The notes below the pieces were generated by a model, which was not told where the DNA came from, ran no database searches, and saw only the letters and a program-made list of their open reading frames with translations. A stretch of 60,400 bases of DNA from positions 1-60,400 of the forward strand of contig JAAILG010001904.1 of assembly GCA_012026655.1 (NCBI GenBank). Reading direction: 5' to 3'. This document shows, piece by piece, positions 40,112 to 51,843 of the stretch (the first letter of the stretch is position 1; every line of letters begins with the position of its first letter). The translations under genes were made by a program, and so were the position numbers. The DNA is from Hydrolagus affinis (lineage: Eukaryota).

Positions 40112-40530
40112 CTTGAGAAATAAATGGGGAGGGAGGGAGAGAGGGGGGGAGGGAGGGAGGGAGGGAGGGGAACAAGAAAAAAATAACATGAGATTAGGCA
40201 GGTCGCACCCTTTCCAGAGGCTGGATTCACAGCCTTCATAGGATCTCTCTCTCCCTCTCTTCTCTTGTCTCGGTCTCTCCTCTTAATCAAAACACTGTTA
40301 GACATGGTTAGAGCTCCCCTCACCGATCAATGTGAGTCACATCCACCCAAACACCACACACACACACACACATACATACATAGAGAGACAAGACCCCAGT
40401 GTGAGTCACAGCACCTGCCAGCCAGCGTTTAACGTTACTTATAATCATTGCATCTAAACCAGCAATTATTTCACTTAATTATTTCACTTAATTATTTCAG
40501 CAATTATTTCACGTTAATAGTCGTCGGTCG
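40060..40530 (-). promoter_or_regulatory. Promoter/enhancer-like region
   Basis: Three AP-1 heptamers (TGACTCA 40070-40076; TGAGTCA 40333-40339 and 40402-40408), a CACCTG E-box at 40412-40417, GA/CT and CA tracts, locally raised CpG, and no recognised transposons from about 39 to 42 kb. Confidence 0.5.
40460..40512. repeat. Short tandem repeat with an AATTATTTCA core x4
   Basis: CAGCAATTATTTCACTTAATTATTTCACTTAATTATTTCAGCAATTATTTCAC. Confidence 0.9.
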
Positions 40531-42311
40531 AAATTGTAATTGCTTCTAAACATAAACAGGACCAATTTCTACGAGGGTTTTGTGTGTGTGTGTGTGTGTG
40601 CTGCAGACAATTTATTCAACAGTTGGCAACTGATTACAATTACAATCCATCATGTTTCAATTTTTTTTAAATCAACCAGTGGATTGAATCGTCACTGTGC
40701 TTCCAATTGGATAAGTTTGAGGGTGTTTTTTTTGTTTGTTTTTAACCTCTCCAGTCGCATTTTCCAACCCCCAGGTAGCACACGAGGGTCTGGGGTATTA
40801 GCCGCTTCCTTAACAAAGAGATGATGACACCACCCCCTGCATGTACAGAAGCCACACCATCCCACCCGTACATAAAGCACTGATTTATTTTTTTAAAATC
40901 TGATTTTTTTTAAAAAAAAATCTTGGCTTCGGGATGCCAAGTATTCCCAGTTCGTCGGGGGGCAAACACAGGCTGTGAGTGAACGGAAACGCAGACACAA
41001 TTATGCATTGATGAACAACATTTAAAAATCCTACCTACTAGTCTCGCCACAGTCTAATGGGACGTGTCTGATTCCTGTCAGTCCCCCTGCAGGGAGTCTC
41101 TCTTTTTTTCCTCCCAGTCAATATAGTGCGAGTGGAATCTCATTTCTGTCAATCCGGTACAGATAGGGAGGGGCTTGGTTTACTGTCAAACCAGTCCTGA
41201 CAATTTAATGTGTGTGATTCTTATCGGTGTCCTGCAGAAGATCTCACTCCCGACAGTGAAATGTTGTTTGCCTGACCCTTTGTTAAATCAGATGTACCCA
41301 GTTTCTGTCAGTCTTGTGTGTGTGACATCCAACTTGGTCGAGGGTGGCATTTGCTTCAACCTATTTTTCTTTGGGGGTGGGAGGGGGGAAGCTTGATGCT
41401 GTGATGGGAACATATTGGGTTGTCTTTTTGGGGGGGCAGGTTGAGATTCAATGGAACAATCTTGTCATCTTGTGAGAGGCAATTTATCTTTGTGGCACTT
41501 TGATGCTCTATTTGGGTGTGGGAAATCTGTAGATAAGAGGGATGTATTTGATAGCAAGAAATGTTCCATTCACCTGACGCTGGTACCTAGTCAGGAGGAA
41601 TAAGCAGTTTCATACTTAGCATGCATATCTATCCCAAATTATGACAAGGACTTCTGAATAAATACGCACCCCAAATTTTTAACTATTCCACCTATTTAAT
41701 CACCCACCCAAGAATATGGTGTGACAAAACATAATTTATTTCGCAAAGGCATCACCAACACGTATAATTACAAACATTCTCAGACACATATTGGATTAAA
41801 AATTTCCCATAACGAATGCTCATTCTCAAAAAAGTTGCACCTTTAACTGGCAAAATAAATTTTCCCCGTTTGTGTTTATAAATAAAAGTGAACATTCAAG
41901 AATCCAGAATCCCTCCGCCACCCCCACACACTCACGTAAACATACAAATAAATAATGCTGCTTGTCATTTCCCTCCCTGAAAGAGATCTGTATTATGATA
42001 CTTTTATATTATATGAAACCAACAAACTTCACATGATCAACAAATATTTTTGCTCAATGAATAGAAATCAGAAAATAGAACCACTTCAGTTCCATTATCT
42101 ATTTACTACATCTCCTTTGTTATGTTATTCGTATTAAAATAGCAATGCATTGTTATTCATACAGCATGTTATGTTATTTCTATTTTTAAAATGGTTGTTC
42201 ATTTCATGGTTGTTTGGTCGTTTATTTCATGAATGCCCATCCAAGGAAGCACATGCCACCACACTGAACCAATCGGAAACCTTGCAGTTTTTTTTCAACT
42301 GTACTTTCTAC

Positions 42312-43151
42312 TCCACATCCATGCCATGACCAGCTCTGCCTTCCACCACCTCCGCAACATTGCCTGTCTCCACCACTATGGTCCAACAAGACACTCATAC
42401 AAGCATTCACAACATCCAGGCTTGACTATGCAAACTCCCTGCTTGTCTGCCTCCCTAACTTTTCCCTCCAGAATTCTGCAGCCCGTGTCCTTTCCCGCAC
42501 CAGGCTTCCATGACCCTTTCACCCCCATCCTCACCCGACTCCACTGGCTTCCCATCACACACAGGATAGAGTTCAAGATCCTGGTTCTCATCTTCAAAGC
42601 CCTCAATGGCATTGCTTCCTCCTCCTCTGGGACCACCCAAACCTCTACCAGCCTGCCCACTCCCTCCACTCAGTGTGTCCAGTCTGTTTCATGTCCCGCA
42701 CCTCGTCTGCCCCATTGGTGGGAGGGCCTTCAGCCACTCTGCTCCCACTCTCTGTAACACCATCCTGCACTCCCTCTGCCTCGCAACCTCCCTTGCCACC
42801 TTCAAGACCCATCTTTAGACCCTCCTCTTTGACCTTGCCTTCTTCCCTGCCTTCCATCCTCCCGACCCCCCAGTTCAGGTCCGAAACAAAAACAACAACA
42901 AAATTACACATATAGCACCTTTCATGTCAGGGGGACATCCCAATGTGCTGGACATTCATTGTTTCAGACCTGACGTGGGGTCGGAGATGGGGAGAGTGGA
43001 GGGAAAGGGGGGGATTTGGGGTGACCGATGGGATTGTCAACGAGGAGGGTTTTGAAGTGGGACTTGAACGAGTCCAGGGAGACACTGATGTTCCAGCACA
43101 TTGGAACGTCCCCCTGGCATAAAAAGCGCTAAAGAAATGTAATTTATGTTT
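42312..43151 (+). mobile_element. L2 LINE 3' fragment interrupted by a second L2
   Basis: Peptides SAFHHLRNIA, TPILTRLHWLPITHRIEFKILVLIFKALNGIA and IGGRAFSHSAPTL (frameshifted) match the L2 ORF2 C-terminus; the 3'UTR breaks at 42888 and resumes at about 43085. Confidence 0.93.
42889..43084 (-). mobile_element. L2 3' end nested in opposite orientation
   Basis: (CAA)n tail and L2 3'UTR on the minus strand. Confidence 0.88.
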
Positions 43152-44556
43152 ACCTTCATTTGATGTTTCTTAGCCTAAGACTTTTTATTCAAGAAAACAA
43201 AATAATCGAAAGCAATTTACATTTCTAACAGAAATTGTAATTTAAGTGCAAAAAACTAGACTTCCAGAGCAGATTAGTAAATTAAGAATCATTCATCAGA
43301 AAAAGATTATTACATTGAGACACAATAAATTCTGCATGACACAGCATAACAAAGCAAATTAAACAGAATAGAAATCAAGATTCTATATTACGCCAGCAAA
43401 AAAAGGTATGAAATCAAACAATTTAAAATCATCGATTTGCTTGCTTGCATGAATATTTTAATGATTGTACAACTGAAGTCTGTGTCTAAAATTGAAAGAA
43501 TCAACATTTATGAATATTAGTCATGAAGAGGCACTGCCAAACCTTAACATTAAATTATTTATGGATCCACACACAACAATGCATTGCACTGTTCACATAC
43601 CAAACCCTGAGTGAATTAACAGAAAGAATATTCCCAAGGTATATATTTGTAATGATCAATAATTAATGAAGCAATAGATTTAACTTTAAAAAATACTAAT
43701 ATAATAATTAGAGACAAAAGAATATTAGAAATGTGAAACATTTTATTGTACTACCAGAGTCAATCCAACAAATATTAGCAAAAACAATCAATTATTATCC
43801 GTGATCAAAGAAGCGTACTCATCTTTTGTTTGAAGATAATTATAGATCACATATTGTTTTCTATAAGCAAACATATCTTAAGGCTGGCTAGACCACTTTT
43901 AAATTTACCCTACATTTCTATTTTGTTATTTGCTCATCAACAGGACATGCACAAAACCACAATCAGAAATAGGCAGAGTGGTACATTTAGATTTGCTCCT
44001 ATTCTGATTGTTCTATGAAGCATAAAAAGACATTTGCTGACATGTAAAGTTTGAATCAATATACAGTACAATCAAATAATGCTAATCAATCCTGAAAAAA
44101 ATACATTAATTCGATGAAAATTGTGAGGATAATCGAATGGACTCTAACAGACTATAGCTTTTGATGAATATGACAACATTTCTCCTCTCTTAATTAAACA
44201 GACTTTTGTTTGTTTTTAGTTACAGCACTGGATTTAAATACTATACCAGTATTTTCTAGGTTATTATATTCCAGTGTTGTTGTGGCTTTTGATATCATTT
44301 GATATTTTTTAAAGTTGTGGTAATGCAGCAAAATCCTCTTATTCATTTAATGGTAAAATTCAGTCATGTAGACTGACTGCCTGGCCGACTGCTAAGCCCC
44401 CCCAAACAGTGTACTTTTTAAAATTACTTTCCTTTTTAACGTAAGTGAGAATGGTTCTAGGGAAGAAATCTTCTTGTTTTGATCTGGAAACCCATATTGG
44501 TGAGAGAATTGAAGAATGAATGCTGTGTCTTTACATCTTTTCTGTAGCCTGACCCT

Positions 44557-44570
44557 GTTTCCATAGCAAC
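44557..44570. promoter_or_regulatory. Consensus RFX X-box
   Basis: GTTTCCATAGCAAC matches the 14-bp X-box GTTNCCATRGNAAC; function is untested. Confidence 0.5.
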
Positions 44571-45158
44571 ACTAGCTATAGTGTCAAATGTGATGGGCTT
44601 ACTGCTGCAATTTGAAGCATTGCATAGTGCAATTCAAATCACAGTTATTCTCATTCCAGCCTATGTTTCGCTGGTGAATATAGTTCCTATTTCAAGTAGA
44701 AGAAGGATGCTCAGGTAACCTGAACAGTTTTTTGGCTGATGCTTTGAAAATGGGTTCATATTGCAGATGTCACCGGGTAATGCAGTATTTTCAGTTGCTT
44801 TCTGTAATTACAAGCAAATGTTTGTAGCAACAGGAATCAAAAAGTTAGGCTGGGTTTCAGATACTCTTGTTCAGTTAAAAATACAGGATAGTACATTTTG
44901 GTACAATGCATGAAATGTAAATAGAGTCTTCTGTACACTGCAAACCCATTTATAATCAAATATTCAAATAAATTCAGTGCCTTGTACTACAAGCCTAAGT
45001 AGTAATATGCTTTCTCTTTACTGTAGCTTATTATGCAAGAATTTACAATCAGTAACCAATTGCACACTGTAAAAGTAATATACAGTACTTCCAAAGCCAG
45101 ACTTTCAACTTGGGTTTTAAATGAGGTTTGCAGAAAATATTCTCTCACTCTTTATAAA

Positions 45159-47592
45159 TCAGTGAAATTGAGTTGTCAAATCAGAGAGCTCATTAATCAT
45201 CAGTCGATCATCTTCGTCAATGTCTGAGAACTCAAGTTGATTCCTGCTAGTAAAGGACACGGAATCTTAGAAAACAAGAGTTCAAAGTATTTCTACACCA
45301 GGCATCGACGCCATCACTATCTTGGCATAACATTGGGAACATTTCATTTACATCTCTTCACAGGGTTTTTAAAAAGGTCCCTGGGTATCTGAGATCACAT
45401 GGGAATTTTTGGCACAAGCAATAACATGTAACCAGATATCTTCAGTAAAAGAGAAAAACTTAATTTCAAGAAGAACAGAGATTGATGACAATAATGAGCA
45501 AAGCACCCAGGAATGATCTATTATGGAAGGCCATACTTATTTTCATTCTTATACATCCACAATTCATTTTAAAGACGTCTTTTGTTTTGTTAAGAAACAA
45601 ATATCGCATGCTATATATCTCCACATAACCTGAAACCAGAAACTTAGAGAAAGGGAACAATATTATTCAAAGAAGCATTGCAATCGAGTGACATAACCAC
45701 TCATTCAGACAAAGTTAGAAAATGAGTGGGTTTATAAAAAATTTTTTAACTTCTAAACATTAATCTATGTCCATTTTATGTTCAAGTTACTTAAGTTACT
45801 GGTTAATTATAAAATAATAGCAAGGCAAGTAACATAGGTTCAATGTTGTACAAGATTCAATACATAGTACTGTATTAACATTGCACCCAATACAGCAGAA
45901 AGACAAAAGACTTCTTTGCTGACTATGTTGTTTTATGAAGAGTGAACGAGTCTATAATACAGAACAGATTTTCAATGGGTTTTTAGTACTGCCTGGAAGT
46001 TTCAGTGGGAAACATGCTGATATCAGATTCCAGTCCTGACTGGCATACACATCTGGACAGACTCCAGACAATGAGCTTTTTCTTATACATAAACTGACTG
46101 TTTGACCAAGATAGGCATGGTACAGTAATATGAAAAGCAAAGAGCATTATTCAATGATCATTTTTGAATGATATGACAGTAAATGGCAGAAATAAGGTGG
46201 CCAGGTGAACATCTAAACTATATATGAATTTACAGGATCACTTCTTTTCATTAAGGTAACTCACAGACATTTGTCCAATGCATAATTGCAAAACAACAAA
46301 AGCCTTCATGTAAATGGCCATATATTCTGTAGTTTAGCACAAGATCAGTAAATTGCCCTTTTGTAGAGATAATCTAGTGATGATATTGACTATATTTTAA
46401 TCAAAGTTTCAACTGATAAAAAGATATGTAAAACTGATGCCATTGTCTGTTCCTTCTAGGAGCAATAACAACAACTTGCATTTATGTAGCTACCCTCATC
46501 AAGTATAGCATCGCAGTGCATTTACAGAGATCAATCAAGAGGGAAGGGGAGGGGAGATGATCAGAAGGACTTCAAAGTGTCTGCCCTGTTTTATAATAAG
46601 AAATGACGGATGGGTTTCACGATTTTTTTTAGGAAATTATAATTGAGTAATAATCCAATGGACTACATGTATTTAAACTAACGTTTAGGAATGCTGCAAC
46701 TACTTCCATTGGGAGTAAAATAAATGTTGCAAGGAAAATTATGTTGCACTGGGCAGACACACAAACTGTAGCAATGGCTTTGGCCCTAGTGCTGCAATGG
46801 AGAGAGTATGGATATTCACATTTCCAATGTGCTTATTTATTAGTCAGCTAAAATAATCTGTATTTGTTGCTTGTTAGGTAACATGAATGGAAACATCACA
46901 GAGGGAATTTCTTGTGGACTTTCTGTTCTGGAAATAACATTTAATCATTGTATCACACAAAACTTTTGCATAAAAAAACAAAGATACAGCTCCACCTATT
47001 GTCATTATATCTCTGAATAGCATCAATGCTTTTATTGTATTATATCGGGTCCAAACACTGCACATAAGCACTGCAGTAAGAGCCAGAAACTGCACCAGTG
47101 GTCTATAGAAAGAATCAGATCACTGATGAATAGGGATGAGATTTTACTTCAAATGCAGATTTAGCTACATTTTGTCAATCCTTCTGCCATCAACACTATA
47201 AGCGTAAAAGAGACTGCACTGTCTGCAAAAAACATATAGCAGTTGAAAAGTCTTCCAGACAACTTTGGCCTTGACATTTCATTATTAGCTACCCATTTAT
47301 TTACATATGTTAACATGATGTACTATAATAATAAATAATATTAATAATCATTACAGTATATAATAATAATAGTAATTATGATTGACAGAGTGGACCAGTG
47401 TAGCCAGGGGATAGTATAATTGCAGATGCTGCTGGTTGATTGGAGGTACCACCATGTATTATCCATGTTTGTTTCCATCGACTTTGCTGAAGCAAACTAG
47501 CAGCATTGCCTGTGCAATTCACAGCTCATAAAACCTCCTTTGAGTGCATGGTCTTACGAATGGAAATATTGGTATTGTTTTATGGACATCAT
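45159..47592 (-). CDS. Speculative spliced small ORF (47592-47558 joined to 45246-45159), 40 aa
   Basis: GCCATG start, donor TTC|GTAAGA, acceptor CCTTTACTAG|CAG and compatible phase give MMSIKQYQYFHSRNQLEFSDIDEDDRLMINELSDLTTQFH*; no homology recognised. Confidence 0.15.
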
Positions 47593-48012
47593 GGCTATCA
47601 CGACTCTTGATTTCCTACAACAATATCTGTAAAACATAATGGACATTTCTCTATTAATTCACCTCTTTCGTTTTTAATCACTCTTGTAGTGCGCAAAAGA
47701 TAACAGACAGCCACTATGATTTATATTACCTGCACCCAGTACCACACACATTTCTTTACGCTCCATTTATTCCCTGAAAGCAGCAGACGCCAATTGTTTG
47801 GAAAGGCCAAGCAGATCTTCAAAGTTAATTGTTCTGCTTTTCTATGCTCTGTGTGTGAAGAATAAAATCATTTCTACTTCATCACTGTGCTGGCTTCCTC
47901 AGGACTGATGCAAAAGATCAATGCACACAGATCCTCAGCCATCTCCCTGAGCACGTTATGTGCAAACATACAAGGAGTCCACTCAAACTGGCTGTGCCAC
48001 CTGATATCAAAA

Positions 48013-48500
48013 TCACAGAATTGGTCTGGATGAAGAAAGCTCTTTGGCCATCAAATCTCATTCCTCCAGAACTCACACTCTACCATCCTCTCATTACGGT
48101 GTTTCAAATTCAGGCAGGTCAGGGAGAAACCTTGGGCAAGTTTCCTTACTCGACATGCCTAATAATAATCCCTCCAAAAAAAACACAATAATAAAAATTG
48201 ATCATTTTTTGTGGGACACTACTGTGTGCAATTGGCTGCCGCGTTTCGCCCACAAATATGCAGTCAATTCACTTTACAGTATATTCTGTGAAGCGTGAAG
48301 CGCTTTGAGACATCTAGAAGACGTGAAAAGCGCTATATCAAATGCAAGGATTATTATTATTATATTAAGCTGTTTTTTTAAATTAGTTGAGTGTCCTGGC
48401 CTCTACCTCCTTTCCTGGCAACCTGTTCCAATCACTGATTACCCTCTGCAGAAAGAAAGCTTCCTGGGAGCTGTCTTGAAATTTTCCCTTACATCTCTAA
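48013..48500 (-). mobile_element. Old CR1 3' fragment split by a SINE
   Basis: CR1-like terminus at 48013-48095 and CR1-like CCTGGCAACCTGTTCCAATCACTGATTACCCTCTG after the SINE. Confidence 0.55.
48100..48362 (+). mobile_element. Deu-type SINE with partial head
   Basis: Runs from the B-box remnant GTTTCAAATTC through the (TTA)n tail; small internal GTGAAGC duplication. Confidence 0.92.
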
Positions 48501-48879
48501 ATCTGTATGAGCTCAGTGGTTCCAGGTGTCAATGTTGCTGGTGCCAAAACACTATCTTTATAGTTTCACCAAGACTTGATACTGCCACACATGATATCTA
48601 GCCTGTAGAAAAGTGTTGCATACAGTACACTTCATGCTACCTCATCTCATCGTAGATTTTCCCAGTCTGAGAAATTCCATTATAAAATCAAAGCACTGAG
48701 ATTACTGAGGCACAGAACAAAACCAATCATGGGGTAAGGAAATAGAAGTACAAAAACACATCAAAACATTTTATTTTCCAGAACAAACAGAACCGACAAA
48801 AACCTGGAAAGAGATTAATTCAGAGAAAAAATAATTACAGTACTTGAAAAGAAGACAAAGCAAAAGAAACATGAGGTGT

Positions 48880-48905
48880 AGATGTACAGATATATCTGTA
48901 CATCT
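48880..48905. repeat. Perfect 26-bp palindrome
   Basis: AGATGTACAGATATATCTGTACATCT. Confidence 0.95.
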
Positions 48906-51035
48906 CCCTACACCAGTATAAAAGAATACAGGTTCAGTGTAATGGAAAAGATGGGGAAAGAACCTGAGATCAATCTGATACCAAAACAGGATGAAGCATT
49001 ACCTTGAAATAAGGAACCACAAAGAAAGAACAGTAAGTATTAAGGAATCAATAGAGTGGCAGAAATTTAAAGAGTAGAAACACAAAAATGGGAAGCACCA
49101 CATATAATGGTAATGAGACACATATAATTAATCTTATTCCCGGTTTTCTATTATAATTGCTTTGCAAACCATGTTCTTGCTAAAGACATTTTTAAATAGG
49201 TTTATACATTTATTGATGATTATAGACAAAAGCAGGCTCACTCTAACAACAACAATAAAATTGCATTTGTATAACGCCACTCCACTTATTTTTGCAAAAT
49301 GCTGTTTCTTTGCCATTGACCTTCCTGAAGTAAGAGAATCTCAGCAAATTGCATTATAAAATAGAATTAACCCAGTCTATTCTATGCTCTATGCTTCAAT
49401 GAGTGAGATGCTATGGAAGTTAACAGAACAAGACCATGCTATATCAAATGCAAGTGTTATTATTATTATTAATATTATTATTATTATCCTGGTTTCCACC
49501 ACATGTATCTTCTTGAACAATTGTAGAGTACACCAATTGAAAATGCCAGACGATTGGAAAGGACAGAGAGACACAGGCCATATGATGGAATGCTGCCAAG
49601 TTCTGCTTGTTATTTATCTGCTTGACTGCCATTTCCCCTCTGATATTCATTCCAATGTAAGCAAAAGCATTGCCAGAAATTATGTGTTTATTACACATTC
49701 CCTAGATGATAAACTCTCATACTGATCACACTACTTCTCAACTTCCCAATATGTTCACCGTCGGCATATAGTACTATAGGCATTGCTTTACTCAACATAC
49801 ACAGAGACATTTGTCACGTGTACTAGTATTCTTGCTCCAATTAATGAACACGAAAATTTTGTTTTAAACTTAAATGGGATGGAAAAGAGAAAAATTGGAA
49901 ATGATTATAGGTTGTGATCAATAAAAAGGAAGCTTCACACACAAGAATAGACTTATCACTCCCTTACCCAATAAAAATATCAGTGATAACTGAAATTATG
50001 ATTTTTTTCTTTGTAAGAAACAGCATAGACACATCACTTTCCTTTTCTTTACCCCTTCATCCTCTCCAGAACAAACCATAGCAACAAATGTGGCTGCATT
50101 GTCCTTCCACTGGAGATTCAAACTTAAAATGGTTCTCATAGCCTGTAGTTATAGCAAAACCGGCAATTCAGTGTCACTCATAGATTGAATGAGGTTGATT
50201 ATTACAATGAAAAAAGGAGATTGTTCAATTCACATAATGGTGCATCCACCACAAATCCCTTTATCTTCTCAGTTTTCTCTCTCAAAGGGTTCAGGCCATG
50301 AGGTGAGTTGTTTGAACAAAGAAGGATCAGGAAGATTTTTTAAATCGTGAAAATTTGGATGTGGGTAAGTTTTTCTTCTGTCTTTTTGAATTTGAAATAA
50401 GATTAATTAATGTGTGTACAACGTGCAGGAGAATTGTTTGTAGTAAAACTGGTAGCAGTCACGTGGAACAGTAATGAGTAATAACACTGCACTGAAGATT
50501 CTGGGTGCCCCCACAAAATTGTTTTAGAATGAATTCAAAAAGGTTTGTTAACTGAGTTTGTGCCCATTGAAACGGAAGAATGTTGGCCCCGCTAATTTTG
50601 AATGGCAGGGTTACACATAGTTATTAGTAATTACAAAACGGTTCCATTTATACTGATGTCTAGCCTAAAACTGAATTTGCGCTAGTTAAAAGAGTTAAAT
50701 TGTAAACCGGAGGGTTAGAGTGTTTCCTTATCTGACAGCAGTGATAACTGTCTTCTACAGACAGCCTAATAATCACAGTGCAATCAAATAGAGTCCAAGA
50801 TGACTACCACATGGTGCAGGCTTAACACAGATTTGGTAAACATCAATCCTAAATCCTGAAAAACCAGACAGCAGCTGCAGCAAAGATAGAGACGGTACGA
50901 TAAAGGTGAAATAATAGACAGAGAAACAATAGACAATAGGCATACACATAGAGGTAGACAGAGTTAAAATGAGATAGATAGACACTGAGAGGGGAAAATA
51001 TTAGAAAAGATATTAGAGCAAGGCATAGAAAAAGG

Positions 51036-51703
51036 AATAATAATAATCCTTGCATTTGATATAGCACTTTTCACATTTTATTGACATCTCAAAGCGCTTC
51101 ACAGAATATACTGTAAAGTGAATTGACTGTATATTTGTGGGAGAAATGCAGCAGCCAATTGCACATAGCAGTGTCCCACAAACAGTTGTGGATTGAAAAT
51201 AACCAATTTTTATTATTGTGTTTTTTTTGGGACAGATTATTAATAGGCATGAGGAGTAAGGAAACTTGTCCAAGGTTTTATAATAATAATAATAATAATC
51301 CTTGCATTTGATATAGTGCTTTCCACATCTTATCAACGTCCCAAAGCGCTTCACAGAATATACTGTAAAGTGAATTGGCTGTACATATTTGTGGGCGAAT
51401 CGCGGCAGCCAATTGCGCACAGCAGTGTCCCACACACAGTCGTGGATTGAAATGACCAATTTTATTATTGTGTTTTTTTTTTTGGTGGGATTATTAGGCG
51501 TATGGAGTAAGGAAATTTGCCCAAGGTTTCACCCTGACCTACCTGGATTCGAACACAGGTCTCCCCAACTTGGTCTCCCCAGCTTGCAAGACAAGTGCTC
51601 TAACCATTAAGCCACAGGAGCTCCACAAGGTTTTGCCCTGATCTGCCTGGATTCGAACATAGGTCTCATGCTTGTAAGGCAAGTGCTCTAACCACTGAGC
51701 TGC
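51036..51703 (-). mobile_element. Host SINE (51036-51279 plus 51627-51703) split by a nested SINE
   Basis: The body stops at CAAGGTTTT and the head resumes at AAGGTTTTGCCC. Confidence 0.9.
51280..51626 (-). mobile_element. Full-length SINE nested in a same-family SINE
   Basis: Complete head-to-tail copy flanked by AAGGTTTT (51272-51279, 51627-51634); CpGs better retained than in the host. Confidence 0.93.
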
Positions 51704-51718
51704 TGTGGAGTAATTATA

Positions 51719-51843
51719 CAATTGGCTGCATGTTTTGCCCACAAATGTACAGTCAATTCACTTTACAGTTTATCCTGAGAAGCACTTTGAGATGTCTAGA
51801 AGATGTGAAAAACACTATATCAAATGCAAGGATTATTATTATT
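51719..51843 (+). mobile_element. 5'-truncated SINE
   Basis: CAATTGGCTGC...AAATGCAAGGATTATTATTATT. Confidence 0.9.

Noticed and set aside
42233-42915. 174-aa ORF and overlapping ORFs as genes
   Set aside because: Frameshifted L2 ORF2 remnant.
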